A DNA stretch of 64,000 nt from Planctomycetota bacterium (GTDB taxonomy: Bacteria; Planctomycetota; UBA11346). Below are positions 10,001 through 18,090 of this stretch, piece after piece. Under the pieces are notes generated by a model, which was not told the origin of the DNA, made no database searches, and saw nothing but the letters and a program-made list of their open reading frames with translations. Made by a program: the position numbers and the translations under genes. Numbering within the stretch: position 1 is the first letter of the stretch; every line of letters starts with the position of its first letter. Location: the NCBI GenBank assembly GCA_014193115.1, contig BJHQ01000005.1, forward strand, positions 50,982-114,981, given 5' to 3'.

Positions 10001-13000
10001 CTTCATCACCAGGACGAACACTGCTCCAGTCGCCAATGCAGGTCCTGATCGGGTGCTGTCGAGCCCAGGAGCAGTGACAATCAACGGGGAAGGACCTGAT
10101 GCTGATGGCGATCCCGTGCAGGCGCTGTGGACCCAGGTTTCTGGTCCGGCTGCCGCGGTGATCGACCAGCCGCGTCAACTGACAACGTCCATCCGCTTTC
10201 CAGTGACCGGGATCTACCGGCTGGTGTTGACGGTGGCCGACGGCCTGGCAACGACCAGTGACGAGGTGGTGGTCTCGGTGGGGAATCCTGGCGTGGCCCT
10301 GGATACTATTGAGTCGAAGGGCAATACCTCGTTGCTGAAGCATCCCATTGACAAGAAATACTTCGCCCGACCAGGAACGGGGACGCCGGTCCAGATCAGC
10401 AATCTGGGTCAGCAGATTTACGAAGGCATATATTCCGGCTGGACCCTGCTCGCGGCAGAAAATCTCAACAGCGAAAATCGTGCGCTCTGGCGCAACGAAT
10501 CAGGCCATTACCTGCACATCTGGCATCTGAATGCAAATTGGCAATGGACTTCCTCAGAAGGGCAGTGGAACTTCGGGACGGCCGAGGCGAACGCCCTCGA
10601 GGTCGCATTCCAAATTGATGCTGACGGGAATGGGACGATCGGCGGACCAGTGAATCAAGCCCCGACGTTCACCACCCATCCGCCGAACGCCGTGGTGACC
10701 GCAGGTCAGACCGCGACGTTCACCGTCGTCGCCAGCGGTACCCCGGCGCCGACGTACCAGTGGCAATCCGCACCGGCCACGGGCGCGTTCACCAACATCA
10801 GCGGCGCGACCGCAGCGAGCTACACCACGTCGGCGACGACGCTGGCGCAGAGCGGTACCCGCTTCCAGGTCATCGCGACCAACAGCGTGAGTGCGGTGAC
10901 TTCGGCCGTGGCGACGTTGACGGTCAATCCCGCCCCGGTCGGCCCGACGTTCACCACCCATCCGGGGAACGCCGTGGTGACCGCAGGTCACACCGCGACA
11001 TTCGCCGTCGTCGCCAGTGGCACCCCGACGCCGACGTACCAGTGGCAATCCGCACCGGCCTCGGGCGCGTTCGCCAACATTAGCGGCGCGACCGCGGCGA
11101 GCTACACCACGCCGGCGACGACGCTGGCGCAGAGCGGTACCCGCTTTCAGGTCATCGCGACCAACAGCGTGAGCGCGGTAACTTCGTCGGTGGCGACGTT
11201 GACGGTCAATCCCGCCCCGGTCGGCCCGACGTTTACCACCCAACCGGTGAACGCCGCGGTGACCGCAGGTCAAACCGCGACGTTCACCGTCGTCGCCAGC
11301 GGCACCCCGGCGCCGACGTACCAGTGGCAATCCGCACCGGCCTCGGGCGCGTTCGCCAACATTAGCGGCGCGACCGCGGCGAGCTACACCACGCCGGCGA
11401 CGACCTTGGCGCAGAATGGTACCCGCTTCCAGGTCATCGCGACCAACAGCGTGAGTGCGGTGACTTCGTCGGTGGCGACGTTGACGGTCAACCCCGCCCC
11501 GGTCGGCCCGAGGTTTACCACCCAACCGGTGAACGCCGCGGTGACCGCAGGTCAGACCGCGACGTTCACCGTCGTCGCCAGCGGCACCCCGGCGCCGACG
11601 TACCAGTGGCAATCCGCACCGGCCACGGGCGCGTTCACCAACATCAGTGGCGCGACCGCGGCAAGCTACACCACGCCGGCGACGACCTTGGCGCAGAACG
11701 GTACCCGCTTCCAGGTCATCGCGACCAACAGCGTGAGCGCGGCAACTTCGTCGGTGGCGACGCTGACGGTCAATGTGACCGCGGGCGCCAATCTGGTGCT
11801 GAACTGGACCTTGGACGAGTCCAGCGGTACGGGCGCTGCCGATGCTTCCGGCCGCGGCAATACGGGTGCGGTGGGCGGCGGCGCGACCTGGGTCGCCGGC
11901 AAGGTCGGCGGGGGGCTCCAGTTCGATGGGAACAGCGGGGCCGTGGTCGCCACAAACGTAGGCGGCCTGCCAAGCGGCAATCAGCCGCACACCCTGGCGG
12001 CCTGGGTGAAAGTGACGGCCCTGCCAGCGAAACGAGCCTGGATCGCCCTGCTGGGGGACGTGGGCAGTGGTGCGCACCATTGGCTGATCAACAGCAATGG
12101 TGTTACCCAGTTCGGGGTGTGGAACGAGAACCAGGTGGCTCCGGTGCTCGGCGTCGGGACCTGGAAACACCTCGCCGTCACCTTCGATGGCGCGACCCAG
12201 ACCGGCTACGTCGATGGGGTGGCGATTGGCAGCACGGCAGCGACCTACAACCTCAAAGGCGTCTCCCTGAAGGTGGCCAGGGCGGTGGATTGGGAGAACG
12301 CATTTAACGGCCTGGTGGATGACGTCCGCGTCTACACCAGAGCCTTGACCGCCAGCGAAGTCTCGGCGCTGGCAGGCGCGACCCTCAACACCGGTCTAGT
12401 GCTCAACTGGAGACTGGACGAGACCAGCGGTGGCGTCGCAGCCGATTCTTCTGGCCGCAGCAATTCAGGGGTGGTAGGCGGAGGCGTGACCTGGACGGCC
12501 GGCAAGCTCGGTGGGGCGCTCCAGTTCGATGGAGTGAACGGCGCAGTGGCCACGACCAGCCTGGGAGGGCTGCCGACCGGCAACCAGGCGCACACCTTGG
12601 CGGCGTGGGTGAAGGTCACTGCCCTACCGGCGAACCGCGCCTGGATCGCCCTGCTCGGCGATGCGGGGGTCGGAGCGCACCACTGGTTGATCTACCGCTC
12701 CGGAGCCACGCAGTTCGGAGCGTGGAGCTCCGGCCAGGTCACGCCTGCGCTTGGCGTCGGCACCTGGAAGCACCTCGCCGTTACCTTCGATGGCACCACG
12801 TTGACCGGATACATGAATGGAGTGGCGATCGGAACCACCGCGGCGACCTTCAGTCTCAAGGGCGTATCGCTAAGCCTGGCCCGAGCCCAGGAGGGTGAAA
12901 ACGCCTTCAAAGGCCAGGTGGATGACGTCCGCGTCTACGCTCGGGCCTTGACTGCCAGCGAGATTTCCGCCCTTGCCGGAACGACTGCGCAAGCGGCCGC

Positions 13001-13145
13001 CCTCGCCTTCACCGAGCCGGTGAACGAAACGGAAACTTCCACCGGCATCGGTGGAGGCAGCAGCGGCTGCGGGCTTGGCAGTGGATTGGCCCTGATCGGC
13101 CTTGCATTCGGGATCGCCCTGGGAGGACGAAGGAGGTGGAGCTGA
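7056..13145 (+). CDS. Secreted multidomain metzincin (M10/serralysin-like) protein with cadherin/PKD/Calx-beta/Ig/LamG domains and a MYXO-CTERM-like tail
   Basis: Signal peptide. VHELGHALGLKHPFDG (HEXXHXXGXXH), Met-turn VMTYNF and YDILALQYLYG. PKD-like and Big/cadherin-like domains, a Calx-beta domain, four near-identical ~94-aa Ig repeats and two LamG-like domains. C-terminus SSGCGLGSGLALIGLAFGIALGGRRRWS. Confidence 0.8.
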   Translation: MELPMRLSRFPVWIYLVFALALMAAIPAVETVPFGTGRLIGDVGVDGVRLDWNLAAEGGYLVERRSDGRFVEVARLPAGATGMTDPVRFGQFRWRVTALDRRGRPESRSAELVLAVEVVQRDAGGTVLRYGDTPRSDLVGATASPLAAAGLTDPAVAQANAVTLSGDYRIDALLGDALQPGFTPVSDLKFAFSTAPGTVPSEGIKANYRLIFARLAQIIPVTCTEVATGGNILIKLAPVGYGMAGPGLVMLNASYDRTGDTNGFRNPPGSHGFQALVHELGHALGLKHPFDGNIHLPPAEDTQAHTVMTYNFSANEPGTFMPYDILALQYLYGRPTAGTGGTYAFSTPWTYQRNGQTWFATTWTTRQCLWGTGADVLDFSGLAAGSYRFDLNPGGRLGTTGAVSASTFTNGTVLAYGSSFPAIVTSIGNDEVTLSSPANLIRGYVAGRTCGADRMLSGRPDDRLDLSAFPRSAVQRTRQGDDLRLDLPSGIGSITIPGFYAAGWIQVVYADSHPPVASSQDLQAIENLALPITLAASDADGDALAWTVQAPARGRLLGTAPSLIYLPPANWTGTDTVAFFVNDGKETSNTAQVSIAVRAPGVTPTVEAGPDRSTNRFTPITLSGTATDASGQALSLTWSQDSGPEKTVFTSPVGGSVTAAFTAVGTYQLRLSATNGTATASDTTTVTVVPSQNPGVVSFTAATVAVREASGRVTVTVQRTGGDHGQASISWRTVAITATEEDYMRGVGGIVSWNDQDDETQQIDLSIYDNLLVDGPRTFRFELYRPTGGVVLGSPATLLATIVDDDGVNRPPTATSASGSVVQDGSLPLVLTASDPDNDPLSWTVQAPAHGVLAGTAPHLTYTPDSGYRGTDAVVFRVSDTRAQSPSATVAITVQAVNRPPRPSAGPDRKLVLPASIVLAGGGSDPDGDSLAWSWTKVSGPSALTIASPTDPQSSATFAGAGTYRLRLAASDGTATVADEVVFITRTNTAPVANAGPDRVLSSPGAVTINGEGPDADGDPVQALWTQVSGPAAAVIDQPRQLTTSIRFPVTGIYRLVLTVADGLATTSDEVVVSVGNPGVALDTIESKGNTSLLKHPIDKKYFARPGTGTPVQISNLGQQIYEGIYSGWTLLAAENLNSENRALWRNESGHYLHIWHLNANWQWTSSEGQWNFGTAEANALEVAFQIDADGNGTIGGPVNQAPTFTTHPPNAVVTAGQTATFTVVASGTPAPTYQWQSAPATGAFTNISGATAASYTTSATTLAQSGTRFQVIATNSVSAVTSAVATLTVNPAPVGPTFTTHPGNAVVTAGHTATFAVVASGTPTPTYQWQSAPASGAFANISGATAASYTTPATTLAQSGTRFQVIATNSVSAVTSSVATLTVNPAPVGPTFTTQPVNAAVTAGQTATFTVVASGTPAPTYQWQSAPASGAFANISGATAASYTTPATTLAQNGTRFQVIATNSVSAVTSSVATLTVNPAPVGPRFTTQPVNAAVTAGQTATFTVVASGTPAPTYQWQSAPATGAFTNISGATAASYTTPATTLAQNGTRFQVIATNSVSAATSSVATLTVNVTAGANLVLNWTLDESSGTGAADASGRGNTGAVGGGATWVAGKVGGGLQFDGNSGAVVATNVGGLPSGNQPHTLAAWVKVTALPAKRAWIALLGDVGSGAHHWLINSNGVTQFGVWNENQVAPVLGVGTWKHLAVTFDGATQTGYVDGVAIGSTAATYNLKGVSLKVARAVDWENAFNGLVDDVRVYTRALTASEVSALAGATLNTGLVLNWRLDETSGGVAADSSGRSNSGVVGGGVTWTAGKLGGALQFDGVNGAVATTSLGGLPTGNQAHTLAAWVKVTALPANRAWIALLGDAGVGAHHWLIYRSGATQFGAWSSGQVTPALGVGTWKHLAVTFDGTTLTGYMNGVAIGTTAATFSLKGVSLSLARAQEGENAFKGQVDDVRVYARALTASEISALAGTTAQAAALAFTEPVNETETSTGIGGGSSGCGLGSGLALIGLAFGIALGGRRRWS
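10650..11780 (+). repeat. Intragenic tandem repeat, ~282 bp x4, >90% DNA identity, encoding Ig-like domains
   Basis: PTFTT(H/Q)P.NA.VTAGQTATFTVVASGTP.PTYQWQSAPA.GAF.NISGATAASYTTPATTLAQ.GTRFQVIATNSVSAVTS.VATLTVNPAPVG is repeated four times. Unit starts are near 10662, 10941, 11226 and 11508. Confidence 0.85.
11780..12975 (+). repeat. Intragenic duplication of a ~590-bp LamG-like (Laminin_G_3) domain, two diverged copies
   Basis: LVLNW.LDE.SG...AAD.SGR.N.G.VGGG.TW.AGK.GG.LQFDG..GAV.T...GGLP.GNQ.HTLAAWVKVTALPA.RAWIALLGD.G.GAHHWLI appears twice. Confidence 0.8.
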
Positions 13146-13280
13146 ACCTCGAACTGGAGCCAGATCTGGCCAGGTCGGGTAGGGTTCTGACCGCTGCTAA
13201 ATGGGTGTTTGAGACACCCGGTCGTTGAGCAAGAGCTTGGCCGTCACGCCGACCCGGCCTCCTGGGATTGAGCATCCTGA

Positions 13281-16200
13281 ATGGAGCTCCCCATGCGACT
13301 GAGCCGTTTTCCGGATTGGATCTACCTCGTATTTGCCCTGGCCCTGATGGCGGTGATCCCTGCGGTGGAGACCGTCCCCTTCGGTACGGGCCGATTGATC
13401 GGTGACGTCGGAACCGACGGCGTCCGCCTCGACTGGAACTTCGCGTCGGAAGGGGGCTCCCTGGTCGAGCGGCGCTCGGATGGCCGGTTCGTCGAGGTCG
13501 CTCGGCTTCCGGCCGGTGCCACTGGAATGACCGATCCGGTTCGCTTCGGGCAGTTCCGCTGGCGGGTCACCGCCCTCGATCGCAGTGGTCGACAGATGGT
13601 GCGTTCGGCCGAACTGGTGCTGGCGGTGGAGGTGGTGCAGCAGGATGCTGGCGGAACTGTGCTGCGCTACGGAGATACGCCCCGACCAGGCCAGTTTGGT
13701 GCCGCTGCGTCGCCGCTGGCCGCTGCAGGACTCACTTCCCCGGCCGCGGCCCAAACGGATACCGTCACCATGAGCGGCGATTACCGCATCGATGCCCTGC
13801 TTGGTGATGCCCTTCAGGCCGGATTCATCCCGATCCGGACCTGGACCTACTCCTTCGCCACCGCTTCCGGCAGCGTCCCCAGTGATGCGATCAAGGCCAG
13901 TTATCGTCTGATCTTTGCAAACATGCCCCAGATCATCCCTGCCACCTTCACCGAGGTCGCCATCGGCGGCAACATTGGCATCGGACTCGGCCCAGCCGAC
14001 TATGCGATGGGCGGCGGCGGTTCGATCATCCTCAACCCAAGTTATGACCGCACCGGGGACACCAACGGCTTCCGTAATCCACCAGGTTCGCACGGCTTCC
14101 AGGCCCTGGTCCACGAACTCGGGCATGTCCTCGGACTCAAGCATCCCCATGACGGCAATATCCACCTGCCGCCTGCGGAAAATTCCCAGGCCTACACGGT
14201 GATGACCTACAATTTTTCGGCCAATGAACCGGCGACCTTCATGCCCTACGATGTCATGGCCTTGCAGTACCTGTACGGCAAGCCGGCGGTCGGCGCCGCG
14301 AGCACCTATGTCTTCTCGACCCCATGGACCTTCAGGCGCAACGGGCTGACCTGGTTCGCAACGACCCTGACCACCCGCCAGTGCATCTGGGGGACCGCTG
14401 CCGACGTGCTCGATTTTTCGGCTCTGGCGGCTGGATCCTACCGCTACGACCTCAATCCCGGAGGCCGCCTGGGAACCACCAGTGCGGTGTCGGGAACGAC
14501 CTTTTCCAGCGGCACCGTCCTGGCCCAAGATTCATCCTTCGCTTCCATCATTACCTCCATCGGCAATGACGAGGTGACGTTGAGCAGCCCAGCCAACCTG
14601 ATCAGCGGTTTTGTCTCCGGACGTTCGTGCGGAGCAGACCGCCTGCTTGGCGGCCGTCCGGACGATCGCCTCGACCTGTCGGTGTTCTCGCGCAGCGCGG
14701 TGCTGCGGACCCGTCAGGGCGACGATCTGCGCCTCGACCTGCCAGGCGGGATCGGGTCGATCACCATCGCCGGATTTTATGCCGCGGGGTGGGTCCAGGT
14801 GATTTATGCCGACAGCCATCCACCGGTGGCCTCCAGTCTGAATCTGCAGGCGGTCGAGAACCAGGCCCTGCCGATCACCCTGGTTGCCAGCGATGCGGAT
14901 GGCAATCCCTTGAGCTGGACGGTGCAGGCACCGGGACGGGGCCGCCTGATCGGGGCCGCGCCGTCGCTGATCTACCTGCCGCCAGCCAATTGGACTGGCA
15001 CCGATACTTTCACGTTTTCGGTGAATGATGGCCTGGATTCCTCCAATACTGCCCAAGTATCGATCACCGTCCTTCCGCCTGGCTCCATCCCGTCGGTGGA
15101 GGCCGGACCCGATCGCACCACCAATCGCTTCTTACCCATCGCCCTGTCCGGCACCGCCACGAACGCGTCCGGTCAGGTCCTGGCTCTGTCCTGGTCGCAG
15201 GACTCCGGCCCCGCCCAGACCGTTTTCAGCAGCCCGGCGGGCGGGTCGGCGACTGCTGCCTTCGCGGCCGTTGGCACGTACCACCTGCGCCTGACCGCCA
15301 CCAACGGCTCCGCCACCGCTAGCGACACCACCACCGTGACCGTGGTTCCCAGCTCAAATCCTGGCGTCGCCTCTTTCACCGCCGCGACCGCTGCGGTGAG
15401 CGAATCGTCCGGGCGAGTTACCGTTACCATCCAACGCACCGATGGGGATCACGGTCAGGCCTCGATCTCATGGAGAACGGTGGCGATCACCGCCACCGAA
15501 GACGATTATATCCACGGCATTGGCGGCACCGTCACATGGAATGACCAGGATGACGAGGCCCAGCAGTTCGACCTCTCCATTTACGACAACGACCTCGTCG
15601 ATGGTCCGCGTACGTTCCGGTTTGAACTCTATCGACCCACCGGCGGGGTCGTGCTCGGATCGCCGGCGATTCAGGTGGTGACCATAGTCGATGATGATGG
15701 CGTCAACCGGCCGCCGACTGCCACGTCGGCGAATGCGAGCGTACTCCAGGATGGCGTTCTATCCTTGGTGCTGACCGCCTCCGATCCAGATCATGACCCG
15801 TTGATCTGGACCGTGCGGCCGCCTGCTCATGGCGTCCTGACCGGCACCCCACCCAACCTGAGCTATGCACCTGCCCACGGATATCGCGGCACGGACGCCG
15901 TGGTCTTCTCGGTCTCCGATACCCGGGTCCAGTCGCCCAACGCGACCGTGGCCATCACCGTGCAGGCAGTGAACCATCCGCCTGTGGCGAGCGCTGGTCC
16001 CGACCGGAATCTGGTCCTGCCCGCTGCCATCGCCTTGGCTGGAGGCGGTTCAGATCCGGATGGCGATTCGCTGACCTGGTCGTGGACCAAGGTCAGCGGG
16101 CCAAGCGCGCTCACCATTGCCAATCCGACCGATCCGCGTTCCTCGGCCACGTTCGCCGCCGTCGGCACCTACCGGCTCCGCCTGACCGCCTCAGACGGCT

Positions 16201-16679
16201 CTGCCACCGCCGCCGACGAGGTCGTCATCGCCATCAGGGCCAACACCACCCCGGTCGCGAATGCGGGTCCCGATCTGGTTCTGTTGGGTCCAGGATCAGC
16301 CACGATCGGCGGGCAGGCCCCTGATGCTGATGGCGATCCGGTGCAGACTTTATGGACTCAGGTCTCCGGCCCAGTTGTCGCGGTGATCGACCAGCCGCGC
16401 CAACTGGCGACTTCCATCCGCTTCCCGGTCACCGGAATCTATCGGCTGTTGTTGACCGTGACCGACGGCCTGGCTTCGACCAGCGATGAGGTGGTCGTAT
16501 CGGTTGCCGTCCGGCGCATGATCGAGATTCGCCTGGTCCCCAATGGGGTGGATGCCGCCATCCAACTGGACGGCCGAAATCCGGATCAGGTCAGGCCTGA
16601 CGGCACTGCCCAGTTCACCACCTCGGCTTCATCCAACCACGTGGCATCCTTCCTGACGCCTCCGAGAGGAAAGAACTGA
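13281..16679 (+). CDS. Truncated paralog of the upstream metzincin protein: protease, cadherin-like, PKD and Calx-beta domains only, with no Ig/LamG region and no C-terminal tag
   Basis: About 85% aa identity to residues 1-1075 of the 7056..13145 product, including HELGHVLGLKHPHDG. Homology ends near 16497 and a unique ~60-aa tail follows. The ~75 bp upstream of the ATG are almost identical between the two genes. Confidence 0.75.
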   Translation: MELPMRLSRFPDWIYLVFALALMAVIPAVETVPFGTGRLIGDVGTDGVRLDWNFASEGGSLVERRSDGRFVEVARLPAGATGMTDPVRFGQFRWRVTALDRSGRQMVRSAELVLAVEVVQQDAGGTVLRYGDTPRPGQFGAAASPLAAAGLTSPAAAQTDTVTMSGDYRIDALLGDALQAGFIPIRTWTYSFATASGSVPSDAIKASYRLIFANMPQIIPATFTEVAIGGNIGIGLGPADYAMGGGGSIILNPSYDRTGDTNGFRNPPGSHGFQALVHELGHVLGLKHPHDGNIHLPPAENSQAYTVMTYNFSANEPATFMPYDVMALQYLYGKPAVGAASTYVFSTPWTFRRNGLTWFATTLTTRQCIWGTAADVLDFSALAAGSYRYDLNPGGRLGTTSAVSGTTFSSGTVLAQDSSFASIITSIGNDEVTLSSPANLISGFVSGRSCGADRLLGGRPDDRLDLSVFSRSAVLRTRQGDDLRLDLPGGIGSITIAGFYAAGWVQVIYADSHPPVASSLNLQAVENQALPITLVASDADGNPLSWTVQAPGRGRLIGAAPSLIYLPPANWTGTDTFTFSVNDGLDSSNTAQVSITVLPPGSIPSVEAGPDRTTNRFLPIALSGTATNASGQVLALSWSQDSGPAQTVFSSPAGGSATAAFAAVGTYHLRLTATNGSATASDTTTVTVVPSSNPGVASFTAATAAVSESSGRVTVTIQRTDGDHGQASISWRTVAITATEDDYIHGIGGTVTWNDQDDEAQQFDLSIYDNDLVDGPRTFRFELYRPTGGVVLGSPAIQVVTIVDDDGVNRPPTATSANASVLQDGVLSLVLTASDPDHDPLIWTVRPPAHGVLTGTPPNLSYAPAHGYRGTDAVVFSVSDTRVQSPNATVAITVQAVNHPPVASAGPDRNLVLPAAIALAGGGSDPDGDSLTWSWTKVSGPSALTIANPTDPRSSATFAAVGTYRLRLTASDGSATAADEVVIAIRANTTPVANAGPDLVLLGPGSATIGGQAPDADGDPVQTLWTQVSGPVVAVIDQPRQLATSIRFPVTGIYRLLLTVTDGLASTSDEVVVSVAVRRMIEIRLVPNGVDAAIQLDGRNPDQVRPDGTAQFTTSASSNHVASFLTPPRGKN

Positions 16680-16737
16680 GATCTCGGAAAAATGCAAGGA
16701 ATCGACGACACTCGTCGACGGATTCGACGCTCCAGCG

Positions 16738-17943
16738 TCACACCGCCAGACCGGCAGCGTGCCCCGAAGCCCAGGCCCAATGGAAGTTGTAGCCACCCAG
16801 CCAGCCGGTGACGTCGACGACTTCGCCGATGCAGAACAGGCCGGGGACATTCCTGGCTTCCATGGTTTGCGAGGACAGTCCGTGGGTGTCGATCCCGCCG
16901 CGAGTGACTTCGGCTTTGCGGTAGCCCTCGGTTCCGGTCGGGCTTAGGGTCCAAGCATGGAATGCGGTTTCGAGAGCCGCGAGATCCCGTCGCTCCAGGC
17001 GCGCTGCCGGCCGGTCGCCGAAATCCGCCAGCCGCGCCTGCACCAGGCGCTTGGGCAGCAGTTCAGCCAGATGGGTTGAAACCAGGGCCTGGGAGCCGGC
17101 GTCCTGGGCTTTCACCAGAAGTTCAGCAGCGCTGGCGCCAGGCAGCAGATCCACCGTGATCTCGTCGCCGGGATTCCAGTACGACGATATTTGGAGCACG
17201 GCCGGTCCGCTGATGCCGCCATGGGTGAACAGCAGGTTTTCGCGGAATTCAGCCGAACCGCAGGTGATCCGGGCGTCGACCGCGATGCCCGACAGGGCCG
17301 ACAACCCGAGGCCGGGATCAAGCGTGAATGGAACTAGGGCAGGTGCGGTCGGGCGGACGGCCAAGCCGAACTGCCGGGCAAGACGATGACCGAAGTCCGT
17401 GGCGCCGATGGTGGGGAGCGACAATCCGCCCGTGGCCAGCACCAGGCGTTGGGCGACCACCGGTCCGGCAGAGGTCGCCAGGTGGAATCCATCGGCATTT
17501 CTTTCGACCGATCCGACTCTGCAGCCGGGATGGACCGTGGCGCCGGCGCTGGCGCACTCGGCGAGCAACAGGGCGACGATCTCCTTGGCTGAGCCAGTGC
17601 AGAACAGCTGGCCATGGTCGCGTTCGTGATAGACGATGCCGTGGCGCTCGACCAGGGCGATGAAGTCCTCTGGGGTATAGCGGGCTAGCGCCGACCGGCA
17701 GAAATGCGGGTTGCCCGACAAGTAATTGTCGGCGCTGACCTGGCGGTTGGTGAAATTGCAGCGCCCGCCGCCCGAGATCAGAATCTTCCGCCCGATCTTG
17801 TCGCTGTGGTCGAGCACCAGCACGGACCGGCCACGGCGCCCGGCGGTGGCGGCGCAGAACAGGCCGGCAGCGCCGCCGCCGATCACCACGACATCCCAGC
17901 TCGGCACGGCGGGGGGACCTTCTGGCCGGATGGGCCGGTGCAA
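16738..17943 (-). CDS. HI0933/YhiN/BaiN-family FAD-dependent oxidoreductase; the true start may be a downstream GTG
   Basis: WDVVVIGGGAAGLFCAATAGRRGRSVLVLDHSDKIGRKILISGGGRCNFTN is typical of the family. The family-level protein length fits. Confidence 0.75.
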   Translation of the reverse strand: MHRPIRPEGPPAVPSWDVVVIGGGAAGLFCAATAGRRGRSVLVLDHSDKIGRKILISGGGRCNFTNRQVSADNYLSGNPHFCRSALARYTPEDFIALVERHGIVYHERDHGQLFCTGSAKEIVALLLAECASAGATVHPGCRVGSVERNADGFHLATSAGPVVAQRLVLATGGLSLPTIGATDFGHRLARQFGLAVRPTAPALVPFTLDPGLGLSALSGIAVDARITCGSAEFRENLLFTHGGISGPAVLQISSYWNPGDEITVDLLPGASAAELLVKAQDAGSQALVSTHLAELLPKRLVQARLADFGDRPAARLERRDLAALETAFHAWTLSPTGTEGYRKAEVTRGGIDTHGLSSQTMEARNVPGLFCIGEVVDVTGWLGGYNFHWAWASGHAAGLAV

Positions 17944-17970
17944 GCCGGCGGGTGCGGTCCGGGATCACGG

Positions 17971-18090
17971 CCAGCCGGCTTGAACCAGCCAGTCGGCTTG
18001 GTTCAGGGCCATCCGGCTTGGTTCAGGGCCATCCGCCGTGGATCAGGGCCATCCGCCGTGGATCAGGGCCATCCGCCGTGGATCAGGGCC
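17971..18090. repeat. Tandem repeat of a 20-bp unit, about 6 copies, with the 3 distal copies identical
   Basis: atccgccgtggatcagggcc occurs three times, preceded by atccggcttggttcagggcc, agtcggcttggttcagggcc and ccagccggcttgaaccagcc. The array abuts the stop codon of the 18083..19096 gene and lies upstream of the flavoprotein gene. Confidence 0.85.

Noticed and set aside
10554-12170. 538-aa minus-strand ORF (Arg/Gly-rich, internally repetitive)
   Set aside because: It is antisense to the near-identical Ig-repeat region of the 7056..13145 gene. Its repetitiveness mirrors that repeat, it has no homology-like features, and the plus-strand frame carries clear domain signatures.
17971-18090. Possible CRISPR array from the 20-bp tandem repeats
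   Set aside because: The repeats are contiguous with no spacers, the units are degenerate, and there are no cas genes. It is a minisatellite.
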